Assembly (NCBI GenBank): GCA_015680685.1
Contig: MNCI01002379.1
Location: forward strand, 566,780 to 630,779
Direction of reading: 5' to 3'
Length of the DNA stretch: 64,000 nucleotides
From: Gnetum montanum
Taxonomy: Eukaryota > Plantae > Gnetophyta
Shown: one piece after another, positions 1-12,404 of the stretch
How positions within the stretch are numbered: position 1 is the first letter of the stretch
Layout of the letters: each line of letters opens with the position of its first letter
Translations under genes and position numbers: made by a program
The notes under the pieces: generated by a model
Database searches by the model: none
Told to the model about the DNA's origin: nothing
The model's input: the letters and a program-made list of their open reading frames with translations, nothing else

Positions 1-255
1 CTAAGTACTCATACTTTGATCCTGCATATCAACCAAAAGCATATTAAGTGGCACCTTGGTAAAAATAAATAAATAATGTTAAAATGCCATAAAACATATG
101 AAAATCTAATGCAATCAAGGCCATCCAAGGTCATTAATGAGATAAGGTCAATTTGGAAAAGTGTAATAGAGGAAAACAAAGATTACATAAGCGTCAAGTA
201 AGGGGAAGTATAATAAGTGAGGCTACAAATGATTAATAAAGATCACAATTTTTCC

Positions 256-340
256 AGTTTAAGGCCTTAGTGGGCCATGATGCTAGTTTATAGTCTTGGT
301 AGACTATGATGTTAGTTTAAGGGCTTAGTGGACCATGGTC
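256..340. repeat. 29-bp tandem repeat (AGTTTAAGGCCTTAGTGGGCCATGATGCT-like), ~3 copies
   Basis: Direct inspection. The same unit occurs at 17570-17655, 31435-31675, 35432-35515 and 51085-51295. Confidence 0.75.
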
Positions 341-699
341 ATATAGTTTCAAACGGTGGTCAAGGAAGGTCGAACCCCACTATTTGATATCATTTAATGG
401 CCAAAAAAAGGCAAATAGAGCTATAATAAGACAAACAATGAACATATAAGGTTGTACAAAGGCTATAGAAGGTTAACCAAGACATCAAGGTAAGATAAGT
501 CTAAAAACAAGTCAAAACATTACGTGACTCAACAAAAATCAAGTAAAATAGGTTATATATGATAAAATTTGCCTAATATAGGTAAAAAATGGTTAGGTTT
601 TTCCAGTTTTGGATCATAATTAACTATGCATTTTACCTCCTTGAGTTGTCAGGTCCAGGGCTATAGATCCATGTCAAAATTTAGTAGGTTTGGAAATCC

Positions 700-2100
700 C
701 TAAGTGGTTTTTTGATCTTCTCCACTTTTTCCATGCTAGGGATGGAGAGTTGAGCATGGAAAATTAGAGGGAATGAATTTTTGATCATCTGGGATTAGTT
801 TTATAAAGTTCAAGGGCTCTAATAGTTGCTGCTAGGGTTCTAGAGTGCATGAAATGTCATTTAATGTTATTCTAAAGTGTTTAGGAGTCCTAAAAAAGTA
901 CCCCCTTGAGTTTCCACACTTGGGATGCTATACTCAGCATGGAAAAAGGGATCCCTAGTGTTGAAGGATCATGCATGTTAGTTCTAGGCCAATTTTGAGC
1001 TCAATTGACTATGCATGTTATCCTTTGAGGATATCGAGGTCAAGGACTAGGGTTTGGTATTAGGTTTTGGTAAATTTGAACATTTCTAAGTGTTTTTTGG
1101 GCTTCCCCCATTTTTTCCAAGCAAGAGATGGAGAGCTTAGTGTGGAAAATTAGGGGGAATCAACTTTTAACCCTCTGACATTAGTTTCTTGAAGTTTGAA
1201 GGCTCCAAATGATGTCATTAGGGTCCTAGAGCACATGCAAGTTTAGTTAATGTTGTTCTAAGGTAGTTATGGATTTTGAATGAGTTTCCCCTTTAATTTC
1301 CACACTAGGAAGCATGGATGTGGATATTCCCAGTTTGGAGACATCATAAAACTCAGATCTAGCCTAGTTTTGACTTCAATTGATCATGCATGTTAGCCTT
1401 GAGGACTGTAGGGGTGAAAGACTAGGGTTTCGACTCAAAACTAGTTAATTTATTGGTTTTCCAAGTGGTTTTTGATTTTTTTCCTCTTTTTCCACATTGG
1501 AGATAGTATGCCTAGCGTGGAAAATTGGGGGGAAATAGATTTTTATACTTTTTCATCATTTTTGATCATACATGTAGGTCCCTAAGGTTGCTAGTGATGA
1601 TGGTGAATGCCTGGTATCAAAAGATTGTTGTTTTAAAGGTTTATGAGTAATTTTTGGGCTTCCCAAATTTCTCTACACTAGGGATTTCATGCTTAATGTG
1701 TAAAATATGGGGGAAAGCTTTTTGATCATTTTTTATCACTTTTGGTAATGCATGTAGGCTCCCAAGGTTACTGGTGTTGATTGCTACTACTTGATGTTAA
1801 AATTTGGTTTCTTTAAGGGTCACTAGACATTGTTTGGGATTTCCCCATTTTTCCACACTAGGGCTTCCATGCTTAGCATGGAAAATTTGAGAAAAAGCTT
1901 TTTGATCATTTTTTGTTACTTTCAGTCATGCATGTAGGCTCCCAAGGTTATTGGTGTTGATTGCTACCACTCGATGTTAAAATTTGATTGTTTTAAGTGT
2001 CACTAGGCATTTTTGGGCTTCATCCCTTTTTACTATGCTAAGGTTTCATGCTCAATGTAACAAATTAAAGAAAATTCTCTTTTAGCTTTTTACAGTTAAT
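700..2100. repeat. Degenerate array of TTCCAC(G/A)CT...AGC(G/A)TGGAA inverted motif pairs, ~180 bp period
   Basis: Motif at ~1491, 1671, 1851 and 2031. Units at ~1670-2050 are clearly similar. The array continues at 12560-13010 after insertion A. Confidence 0.7.
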
Positions 2101-2194
2101 TTGGTTGTGCATGAGTGTTGGCAGGGTTGCTAGTGTTGGCCATTAGTGTCTAAGGTTAATATCTTATCAGTTTGGAGGCTATGAGGATGGAAGG

Positions 2195-4207
2195 TAAAAC
2201 ACCACAAAATTTTAGATCTTGACATCTCAATTGAAAATTTTGGCTAAGTGTCAAAATTGTGGTACTTTGCCCAAATTTTTCAAAGTGTTGAGTGTAGTTA
2301 GCTACAACTACCAAATTTGCAAAATTTTTCTAAGTGTTAAAACGATGGCACTTTCTACAAATTTTTGTAAGTGTCAAAACTTGGCAAATTTTTTCTAAGT
2401 GTTGGTGCTGTACTCTAGAGTGTAGCCAAAGTGACATAAGTTTAAGTGCCCAATTTTGCCTAAGTGTTGGACAAGGATCTATTAAGCTAGCTTGACATAT
2501 AAAATACATTTTGGCACATTTCCCAACTTTGGAGGTTACTTATCTTGCTATGCCCTAGAGCATAGCTAGCATGCCATGAAGGAAGACTATAGATTTCATC
2601 AAAATTTGGCTAAGTATCCCTGCTATGCTTTGCTACACTCCCTAGCATAGTTAGCATAACCAATGTGAAACATCAAAATTTTTCAAATTTTCACTAAGTG
2701 TTGTGATATGCTCTAGAGCGTAGCCAGCTAGACACTAGAGAAAAGCCTCTGACAATCTCTAGAAGCCTCTAGAACTTGACATCAGACTTTGTCTCAACTT
2801 TGACATTCCTTTGACAACCAAGATATGCAAATTGCATTTTTCCTACACTTCCTATTTGCCCCAAATTGTACCTACGCTCTAGAGCATAGCAAACATGGGA
2901 TAAGCATAGTATGGGGTGTCCTGTGTCTTACTTGTAACATGGGATGAGTGTAGCAGCCATCATTCTCTGTCCTACACGTAACATGGGATGAGCATAGCAG
3001 CTAGCATCCTATGTTTTGCACATAACATAGGATGAGCATAGCAGTCGACATCCCATGTCCCACATGTAACATGGGACGAGTGTAGTTACTAGAGTTAGAA
3101 ATATTTTCAAACCTTTTTTGGTCACCTCTAGACTTAGAAAATTTTCTAAATTTTTCTTGTGGTCCAACCTATTACACTTGCACATAGCACCTGATCCACA
3201 TTTTGTGCTAACCCTAGCTCTATAAATATCCTTGCATCCCAACATTTGGGGNAATCTTCACCAGATTCTTCTAAGTATCCATGCTATGCCCTATCCTTGG
3301 CTAGTGTCCCATGTCTTACACATAACATAGGACAAGCATAGCAACCAAAGTTAGAAAATGTTTAAGCTTTTTTTGGTCACCTCTAAACTTATAAAATTTT
3401 CTAAATTTTTCTTGTGATCCTACCTACCACCCTATCACATGGCACACAATCTGCATTTTGGGCTAACCCTAGCCCTATAAATACCCCTGCGCCCTAGTGT
3501 TTTAGGGGTTGGCCTCCTTTTTTCACTGGTTGGTAGTTGGCACTTTCATTTTGGCATTGGGAATTTTGGCATATTGGCACTTAGCTCTATGGGAAAATGA
3601 GACCTAGAGCATACCACACTAGCAAAGAGCTAGAGTTGCACATCATGAACCACCACAACCTTGTTGCAACTCTGTAGAACATTGCATAGTACACCATGAT
3701 GAGCAACCTGGTAGGCATAGTTCATCATAGCAAGCATCAGACTTCATGGCCTGACACCATCGAGCTATGAGTATGCTACCACTATGCCTGTTGTATGTTG
3801 CGTACCTTTTGAGATCCTTTTTGAAATTAGCTATGCTCCCCTTTTTGGGATGGTGCACTTCTGTTCTCAAATTTTGTTAAATTTCTCAAACATTTCTCTT
3901 TGGTATTTAGTGTGACACTTATATTTTTTCACTTTTTCATATGTATTTGCATGTTTACATCACTGTTCTTAGGCTAGGATACCTTGCTATGCTCTAGCTT
4001 AGCTAGTCTCGATGTCCACGCATAACGCAATATAAACCCTTCTCACACATAATCGTTTTAACAATACGTAAGTCCCTTTCTAATTGACAAGACCATTCAG
4101 GGCACCTTGTTTTCATTTCCCAGCATGACCCTTGCATGGATTTTGGGTTAGGATATACAACTGCAAACCTCTCAGTGTTCCAACCACCAATGTTTTCAGA
4201 TGTTATA
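2195..4207 (+). repeat. 5' LTR of element A
   Basis: TAAAACACCAC...GATGTTATA (TG/CA termini deaminated); colinear with 10689-12404; TATAAATA at ~3221 and ~3476. Confidence 0.9.
2894..3090. repeat. 44-bp tandem repeat in LTR U3, ~4.5 copies
   Basis: CATGGGA-like unit starts at 2894, 2938, 2982, 3026 and 3070. The same array lies at 11386-11580. Confidence 0.9.
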
Positions 4208-4212
4208 GTTTT

Positions 4213-4229
4213 TGGTGTTAGAAGGAGGG
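4213..4229 (+). promoter_or_regulatory. Primer binding site, tRNA-Asn type
   Basis: TGGTGTTAGAAGGAGGG, 5 nt after the LTR end. Confidence 0.8.
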
Positions 4230-4389
4230 TCTTGCCATTTCCTTCTACATTTTTTGATTTCCACTTAACTAAAACTCTCGATGCTTTGGAGAGTATAATA
4301 AGTTCTTAGAGCATAGCAAGCTACAACGTAGTAAGTGTGGCAAGCTCTAGTGTAGTAAGCATGGTAAGCTCCAGTGTAGTGAGCATAGC

Positions 4390-4650
4390 ATCAAACTTAG
4401 CAATTTTCAATAGTTTTTATACTTAGCATTTTTTTTGCATTTTCATACTTAGCATTTTTTCTACATTTTCATACTTAGCCAAATTTTCTATAGTTTTACA
4501 CGTAGTCAATTTTTTGTAGTTTTCATACTTAGCCATTTCTTTGTATTTTTACACTTAGCCATTTTTCAACATTTGTATACTTAGCCATTTTTTTGCTATC
4601 TGCAGACTTAGTCATTTTTCTGTAGTTTTTAGAGTTAGCCATTTTTTGTA
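4390..4650. repeat. ~25-30 bp tandem repeats (TACTTAGCCATTTTT) in the 5' leader of A
   Basis: About 9 degenerate ACTTAG-containing units. Confidence 0.8.
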
Positions 4651-4679
4651 AACAATAACTCTCACAACCCAACCTGTGA

Positions 4680-6979
4680 ACATGAATACAGATCAACCTT
4701 CCACGTTAGTGTCTAACACATTTAACACTAGGATCCATCCAAAGCATGTTGCACTAAACCATGAATAGTATAATCTTGTTTGTGCCAAAATCCAAGTAGA
4801 ATTACTAGTGGATCACCTCGACCTAAAGGCAAAAAAAGATTATGAAAAAGTCCATTGGCATGGACAAGAGTACAAGCCTACCTTGTTTGACATATTCCCA
4901 CTTACAGAGTCCTACCACCAGCTATTGTCCCAACTCATTTGTGCAAACATGCATGATGCAAGGACAACCTATGAGGAAGCCTCATAGGAGGAAGAAGATG
5001 AGTTTGAGGCTTGCTCTAAATGCAGGAGCCCCCTATACACTATTCTCCAACAACCACTCCCTACTACAACCCCTCCTTGGTTCAGTCCATCCATCCTCTC
5101 AAAGATGGTGACCATTCCAATTTAGCCTTTCCTACAAGCAACAGTTGCATTTGTCCAATCCTATGCTTATGCAAGGATGACCTCCCAACCTCAAACAATT
5201 TAGGCATCCTATGTCCCACTTGTATCATAAGTACCCATGACATCTGTCTAACCCACTCATGTATGACCTACCTTGGTCATTACATTCATGGCTTAGTTGA
5301 TGCGTCAACTAAACCCATTCGCTATGACATTAAACTCGCAAACTTCACAATGAACAATTTGATCCTATGTTATGTAATCAGCACAAGCCTAGCCAATGCA
5401 ACCAATTGGCACATCCCCAAGCTTGGATTAGGCATTCTAGCTGATCCAAAGTTTAACAGAGGAGATCAACCAACTCAAAGTTGCCTCCTCCAAAACCATC
5501 AAGGTGGTGGACTTCTACCGAGATGACCCCATAAATCCCACAATCCCACCCTTGACTCTCCCAACTAGGGTCCAGCTACCTCAACTCACCAACTACAATG
5601 GTGAAGGGGATCCCAACCCACACTTGGTCACATTTCGGTCTGAGTACCTACTCCTTCAAGCCTGGCCACATGCCATCATGTGCATGTTTCCCATGTCACT
5701 CATTTGCAGGGCCTTAGACTGGTATCACACACTACCTAAGGTCTCAATCTCTTCTTTGGAGGATCTCATAAGCTAGTTTGTCACATGATTTAGGTACAAC
5801 CTAAAGTTTGAAGCAACCCTCAACCAGCTCATGCAAGTCAAGCATGGGTCCTTAGAGCCTGTGGCAAAATTCCTCCAATGCTGGAATGCTATGTTGAGTG
5901 AAATGCATGAACCCCTAGTAGAGACACACCTATTGACCATATTCAATGGTGTAGTAAATGACTTCATCAAGTCCAAACTATATTACCTGGCCCCAAAGTC
6001 TATTAGCCAAGCCTTTGACCAAACAAAGGGCATAGAGGAGGTAGCGCAAGTGAGCAATGACTCAGCCTACACGGCCTACAAAAATCAACATGTATGTAAA
6101 CAAAATGCAACAGTGGTAGTAGTGGCCACAAGCATAAAAGCAACTGACTAGGGGCTAATGGCCAAGTAGTCCAAATGCCCCAGCTCACAAAGCTACCAAC
6201 TCTAGCACCAACTTGCCTACATTAGTAGGGGCCACCCCAAAGCCCAACTTTAAGTGGAAGGATCACTCAAAGTATACACCACTACTGATGGAACCCTTTG
6301 AACTACTAGAAAAACTCCTAAAATTTGGGAAAATCCAATATAAACACATATCAGAGATTGCTTGCCAAAAACATGATAGGTATTGTGAACTACTAAGGAA
6401 CCCTGCCTCAACAGTACTGAATGAGCTCTTGATCCCACAACATTTTCAACTAGACCAATACTATCATTACCAGCAACTATCGAGTCATAGTATAGACAAC
6501 TATCATGCTTTGTAGGGTGAACTACAAAGAAAGAATGAGGCTAACTAGTGCTCAATGCAACAAGCTAATCTAATGCAAATGATGCCCCTTACATCATAAA
6601 CTCCATCAACATAGGTGGCAATCCTAAACTTGTGCAACAACCTTTTGTGATTTGTGTGCCTCCTAACAAGGCAAGGATCCCCTTAACCTCCATAAGAAAG
6701 AGGCCTTGTTTTGCTATCAAAGTGCCACCTTGGGCACCCACAACACCCTTTGTGATCAAGTTCCCATAGCAACAAACATAGTCCTATACTCTGTCATTGA
6801 AAAGCTAGGTCTGACAAATGAAATCAAGCCAACAAAAACCACGTGTCTAAAATCCTTCAATGGATCACACATTACCATTAGGGTTACAATCAACTTAGCC
6901 TTCATGGTAGGGGAGTAATTCCCTACCAATGCAGATTTCATTGTCATAGAGAAAATGCTAAGTTTCAACTTGATCCTGG
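4680..6979 (+). pseudogene. gag: gag-protease of element A, decayed and cut at the end of the protease
   Basis: ORF 5504-5776 YNGEGDPNPHL...RALDWYHTLPKVSISS (retrotransposon gag); ORFs 5831-6151 and 6213-6515; protease TTCLKSFNGS...FNLIL, interrupted at 6980. Confidence 0.85.
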
Positions 6980-8521
6980 TGTTGGCGACCGTTTGGGACG
7001 CGACTGGCAACGAGTGTCCTCGAATAGGATTTAGGTGCCTGCTGGTCTCTGGCAACACCAAGGTCCAGATAACTCTAAATAAACTCAGTAGTTAATGTGA
7101 GTATGTGTGTGTGCTGTTGCGGCGTGTGGTTGTGTAAAATGTAACAATTGTGTTGTGTGTGAACTACAAATGACTTACTTTAAAGAGATTCAGCCAACTT
7201 TGCCAAGTACTGTGAGTTCTTGAAAATTTCCTATTTTGTTCAACTGCCTAGTCTACGCGGTCCTTATAATACCTACTTGTAACAAATAAAATTTTGCAAA
7301 AACATTTGGGCACAACTCCGCAATCTACTCCTAATTTTCCCCAGAGAAAGAGATAGTTCCACAAGAAAACTAGAAATAGAGCAAGATTCGATGGAAATAG
7401 ACAGAAAAGAAAAGAAAGCAGATTTGTGTAGACCTCAAATATTTAAACAAGGTAAAATGACACGAGTAAACACTTCGCAATAAAGCTATCCCAAATTCAA
7501 TATCTACGAATTGTTCAAACTTCCAAGGCCCAAACAAGCAATATCTTCAAGACAATCCTACTATGCTACCAAAAATTGTTGCGTAAACTACCACGTACGA
7601 GACTCCATTTTGACTAGATAATAAATGTCAACGATTGCATTCAAACATAACATTTAAAAGACTTGACAATTTCTGATTGAAATACCACAAGAATTCACTT
7701 TAAAGATAAAAAGAAGCTATTNNNNNNNNNNNNNNNNNNNNNNNNNNNNNNNNNNNNNNNNNNNNNNNNNNNNNNNNNNNNNNNNNNNNNNNNNNNNNNN
7801 NNNNNNNNNNNNNNNNNNNNNNNNNNNNNNNNNNNNNNNNNNNNNNNNNNNNNNNNNNNNNNNNNNNNNNNNNNNNNNNNNNNNNNNNNNNNNNNNNNNN
7901 NNNNNNNNNNNNNNNNNNNNNNNNNNNNNNNNNNNNNNNNNNNNNNNNNNNNNNNNNNNNNNNNNNNNNNNNNNNNNNNNNNNNNNNNNNNNNNNNNNNN
8001 NNNNNNNNNNNNNAATGTTCCCCCTTGACCCTTGAAGCCTTTTTTATAGGGTTCCAAGGTAGGTAGGGAAGTTACATGTTTAAAAATATCTCACCTAACT
8101 TCTCTCCCAAGTAACTTGGCCAACCAATTAGACGATTACTTGGCCAACAAGTTGGGAGGCTACTTGCCCAACAAGTTAGGTAAGTTACAACAATTTTGGG
8201 TGGTTGCAACCACCAAAGAGAAAAAGAGATTGACAAGTGGTCTTGGTAGTTACAATATTATAGAAAATTAAAATACAATCTCTAAAATACGTGGGAATAC
8301 AAGCTATAGTTGAAAATTACTCCATATATATATAATCTTTTAATTTTGCTTCTTCAAAATGAGATGTTAAGTCTTCTAAGTGATGTATAGGGAAGTTACA
8401 ATTTCCAAATATCTCAAAAATATCTCTCCTAACTTCTCTCTCAAGGAATTTGACTAACCAATCAGAAGATTACTTGTCCAACAAGCTAGGAGAAGGTTAT
8501 GTGGTTAGGGAGTTAGGAAGT
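6980..8521 (-). mobile_element. Probable unrelated LTR inserted in the protease of A; other end lost in gaps
   Basis: Abrupt junction TGTTGGCGACCG (minus strand ends ...CGCCAACA); CpGs retained; minus-strand CCTATAAAAA at ~8041-8050; internal repeat at 8066 and 8390. Confidence 0.45.
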
Positions 8522-10672
8522 NNNNNNNNNNNNNNNNNNNNNNNNNNNNNNNNNNNNNNNNNNNNNNNNNNNNNNNNNNNNNNNNNNNNNNNNNNNNNNN
8601 NNNNNNNNNNNNNNNNNNNNNNNNNNNNNNNNNNNNNNNNNNNNNNNNNNNNNNNNNNNNNNNNNNNNNNNNNNNNNNNNNNNNNNNNNNNNNNNNNNNN
8701 NNNNNNNNNNNNNNNNNNNNNNNNNNNNNNNNNNNNNNNNNNNNNNNNNNNNNNNNNNNNNNNNNNNNNNNNNNNNNNNNNNGAAATGTAGCATCAGCAA
8801 AACCGCAGATTCAAACTGCCTCCGCACAAGAAGGCTCTGCAACCGCAATCTGATCGTCACGCGCTGGAGGAGAAAGGGATTTTTTGTGTTAAGAACAACG
8901 TGCCCCAAACTGAGGGTTTCAATTTTTGTCTTGCCCCCAAAATTTAGGGCTTCCTGTGTTTTTGTTCTCTCATTTTTTTTACCTGTCTCCAATTGCCATC
9001 GATTTCAAACCCGAGATGAATGTGCTATGGATTGGTTGCTGAAACTGCTATGGCGTTCTAAACAAAACAGGGGCATCCTTCTCTATGTACTGTATACATA
9101 GAAGATTTCCATCTTTTGTTTTTGTTACGTTCCCACGTTCTACCCTCGCCTTCTATTGGCCTCGGTTCTTTCTGAATTTTTTATGTGTTTGTGGCCTGAA
9201 ACTCCTGTGAAAGCAAATCATTGGTGCAAGAAGAGCCTCCCACGCATTTCCTGAACTTTGATTTGGTGTCTGGGGAGTCGATAATGTAGCTTCAGCGGGT
9301 ACGTGAGAGTATTCTAGAGCCAATATGCAAAAGGAAAAACCTTAACATGACGACATTCAGTTCTGTTTTTGGTTTTTTTTTGGTTTCATGTTTCCAACAG
9401 CGTTAATCAACGGTTCTCGAATCATTCGTAAATTCGGATTTTTTTTTTGTGAATACAGAAACCTTTACACCCTTTGACAATTACAAATTCAAAACCAGTT
9501 GAACTGTTTAGCTGATTTATTTTGTTATTTTGTCCATATATTGCTTTCTTGTAGTAAATAATCCTTCTCTTCTTTTTATTCCAACCTTCACTTGACACTC
9601 TGCTTTACTTTTCAAGAAGGCTTTTATCATCAAGATTATTTACCAGGCTTTCTTCTCCAAGAATACCCATTACTCACAAGACTGGATTGCAAATTTTCAA
9701 CCAGGGATTTTGCTCATGTTTTAAACAAANNNNNNNNNNNNNNNNNNNNNNNNNNNNNNNNNNNNNNNNNNNNNNNNNNNNNNNNNNNNNNNNNNNNNNN
9801 NNNNNNNNNNNNNNNNNNNNNNNNNNNNNNNNNNNNNNNNNNNNNNNNNNNNNNNNNNNNNNNNNNNNNNNNNNNNNNNNNNNNNNNNNNNNNNNNNNNN
9901 NNNNNNNNNNNNNNNNNNNNNNNNNNNNNNNNNNNNNNNNNNNNNNNNNNNNNNNNNNNNNNNNNNNNNNNNNNNNNNNNNNNNNNNNNNNNNNNNNNNN
10001 NNNNNNNNNNNNNNNNNNNNNNNNNNNNNNNNNNNNNNNNNNNNNNNNNNNNNNNNNNNNNNNNNNNNNNNNNNNNNNNNNNNNNNNNNNNNNNNNNNNN
10101 NNNNNNNNNNNNNNNNNNNNNNNNNNNTTGCTTTGTTTATGCATCCATCCACTTAGCTTACACATTGCATTTGAAAAACATCAAAAACACATAAAAAGAA
10201 AAAAAATATAAAACTAAAAAAAAAACATGACCTGAAAAGGCCTTAAACTAGCACATGCACCCTAGAACGACCTAAAACTATCACTTTTTGCATTGCTTTC
10301 CTAAAGCAAATTGACAATGTTGTAGCTTTGCAACTATCCTAGCCTTGGATCAACTTTGACTCTCTCATAAGCACTCTGATGAGAGGTCAACATTTCAGGA
10401 GCAAGCCACTTCATGCGATGATCATTGTCAACCATGTTGAATTTGCATCTTACATCATGATCCACTATTTGCATTTTATTTCCATTGTTTAAATTTCATC
10501 TCCCTAGCATTACCTATACCCATTTTCCCTCAACATACCTTTATTCCCTTAGCACTCTTAAGCATGGTGAAGCATCACCTAATTAGATACTGACAAGTAA
10601 TGTTGGTGCCACATCTATTGTGGTGTTTTGCAATTCTTTTTCAACATCTCTTAGGCCATTCCCATAGACGTC

Positions 10673-10684
10673 AACAAAGAGGGG
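10673..10684 (+). promoter_or_regulatory. Polypurine tract of A
   Basis: AACAAAGAGGGG directly before the 3' LTR; matches the PPT of C on the minus strand. Confidence 0.8.
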
Positions 10685-10688
10685 CCAT

Positions 10689-12404
10689 TGAAACACAAAA
10701 AATTTTAGGTCTCAGCATCTCGACTGCAAATTTGGCTAAGTGTCAAAATGGTGACACTTTATGCAAATTTTTCTAAGTTTTTAGTGTAGTTAGCTCCAAC
10801 CATTAGATTTGCAAAACTTTTCGAAGTGTCAGAATGATGGCACTTTTTGCAAATTTTTCTAAGTGTCAAAACTTGGTAAACTTTTTCTAAGTATTGGTGC
10901 TACACTCTAGAGCGTAGCTAGCATGACACAGGCTCAAGTACCCAGTTTTACCTAAGTGTTGAATAAGGATCTGTCAAGCTAGCTTAACATAGAAGATACA
11001 TTTGGCACATTTCCCAACTCCCAAGGCTACTTATCCTACTATGCCCTAGAGAATAGCTAGCATGCCATAAAGGAAGACTATAGATTTCATCAAAATTTGG
11101 CTAAGTGTCCTTGCTATTCTCTATTATGCCCCCCTAGCATAGCTAGCATAACCAATGTGAAACATTAAAATTTTTCAAATTTTCACTAAGTGTTGAGTTA
11201 TGCTCTAGAGCATAGCTAGCTTGACACTGGAGGAAAGCCTCCGATAGTTTCCAAAAGCCTCTAGAACTCAACATCGGCCTTTTTCTCAACTTTGATGTTC
11301 CTTCGGAAATCAAGATATACAAATTATGTTTTGCCTACACTCCCTATTTGTCGTAAATTGTACCTATGCTCTAGAGCATAGAAAACATGGGAAGAGCATA
11401 GCAAGAGACATCCCATGTCCTGCACGTAACATGGGATGAGTGTAGAAGCCAATGTCCTATGTCTTGCATGTAACATGGGATGAGCATAGTAGTTGACATC
11501 TCATGTTCCAAACAAAACATGGGATGAGCATATTAGTCGACATCTCATGTTTCGCACAGAACACAGGATGAGCGTAGTGGCCAAAGTTAGATAAATTTTC
11601 AAACTTCTTTTAGTCACCTCTAGACTTAGAAAATTTTCTAAATTTTTCTTGTGGTGCCATCTACTGCACTACCATGTGGCACCTGATCTGCATTTTGGGC
11701 TAACCCTAGCCTTATAAATATCCCTGCACCCCAATGTTTTAAGGAGGGGGNGGGGCTTCCATTATTTCATTGGTTGGTAGTTGGCACTTTCATTTTGGCA
11801 TCTTGGCACTTACCTCCGTGGGCGAATGAGACCCAGAAAACACCACATCGGTAGAGAAGCAGAGTTGCACATCACCACCCATCGTAGCCCTGCAGAACAT
11901 CGCACGATACACCATAGTAACCAACCCAATAGGCATAGTTCATCACAACAAGTGTTAGACTTCACAACCTAACACCACCAAGATTGTAACTATGCTCCCA
12001 TTACGCATATTGTACATTGTGTACCTTTTGAGACCCTTTTTGGAATTAGCTATGCTTCCCATTTTGGGGTGGTGCACTTCTGTTCTCAAATTATATTGCA
12101 TTTCTCAAACATTTCTCTTTGGTATTTCACATAATAGTTATATTTTCTTTCTTTTTAATATGTATTTGCACATTTACATCACTATTCTTAGACTAGGACA
12201 ACCCACTATGCCCTAGCTTAGCCAATCCTAGTGTCTGCGCATAATGCAGTATAAACCCTTCTCACACATAGTTGTTTTAACACCATGTAAGTCCCTATCT
12301 AATCGACAAGACCATTTAGGGCATCTTGTTTCCATTTCCCAACATGGCCTTTGCACAGATTTGGGGTTAGGCTATTCCAGCCATTGATGTTTTCAGAGGT
12401 TACA
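10689..12404 (+). repeat. 3' LTR of element A
   Basis: TGAAACAC...GAGGTTACA followed by TSD GAAGG. Confidence 0.9.

Larger units (their letters stand above)
2195..12404 (+). mobile_element. Element A: Tat/Ogre-like LTR retrotransposon nested in B; no RT/INT visible
   Basis: LTR pair 2195-4207 and 10689-12404; perfect 5-bp TSD GAAGG (2190-2194 and 12405-12409); PBS 4213-4229; PPT 10673-10684; gag-PR homologous to B and C. Confidence 0.9.

Noticed and set aside
4213-4229. tRNA gene
   Set aside because: Only the 17-nt complement of a tRNA 3' end is present, i.e. a PBS.
7695-10211. Long ORFs in the ORF track across 7.7-10.2 kb and at 29.8-30.1 kb
   Set aside because: They are artefacts of N runs.
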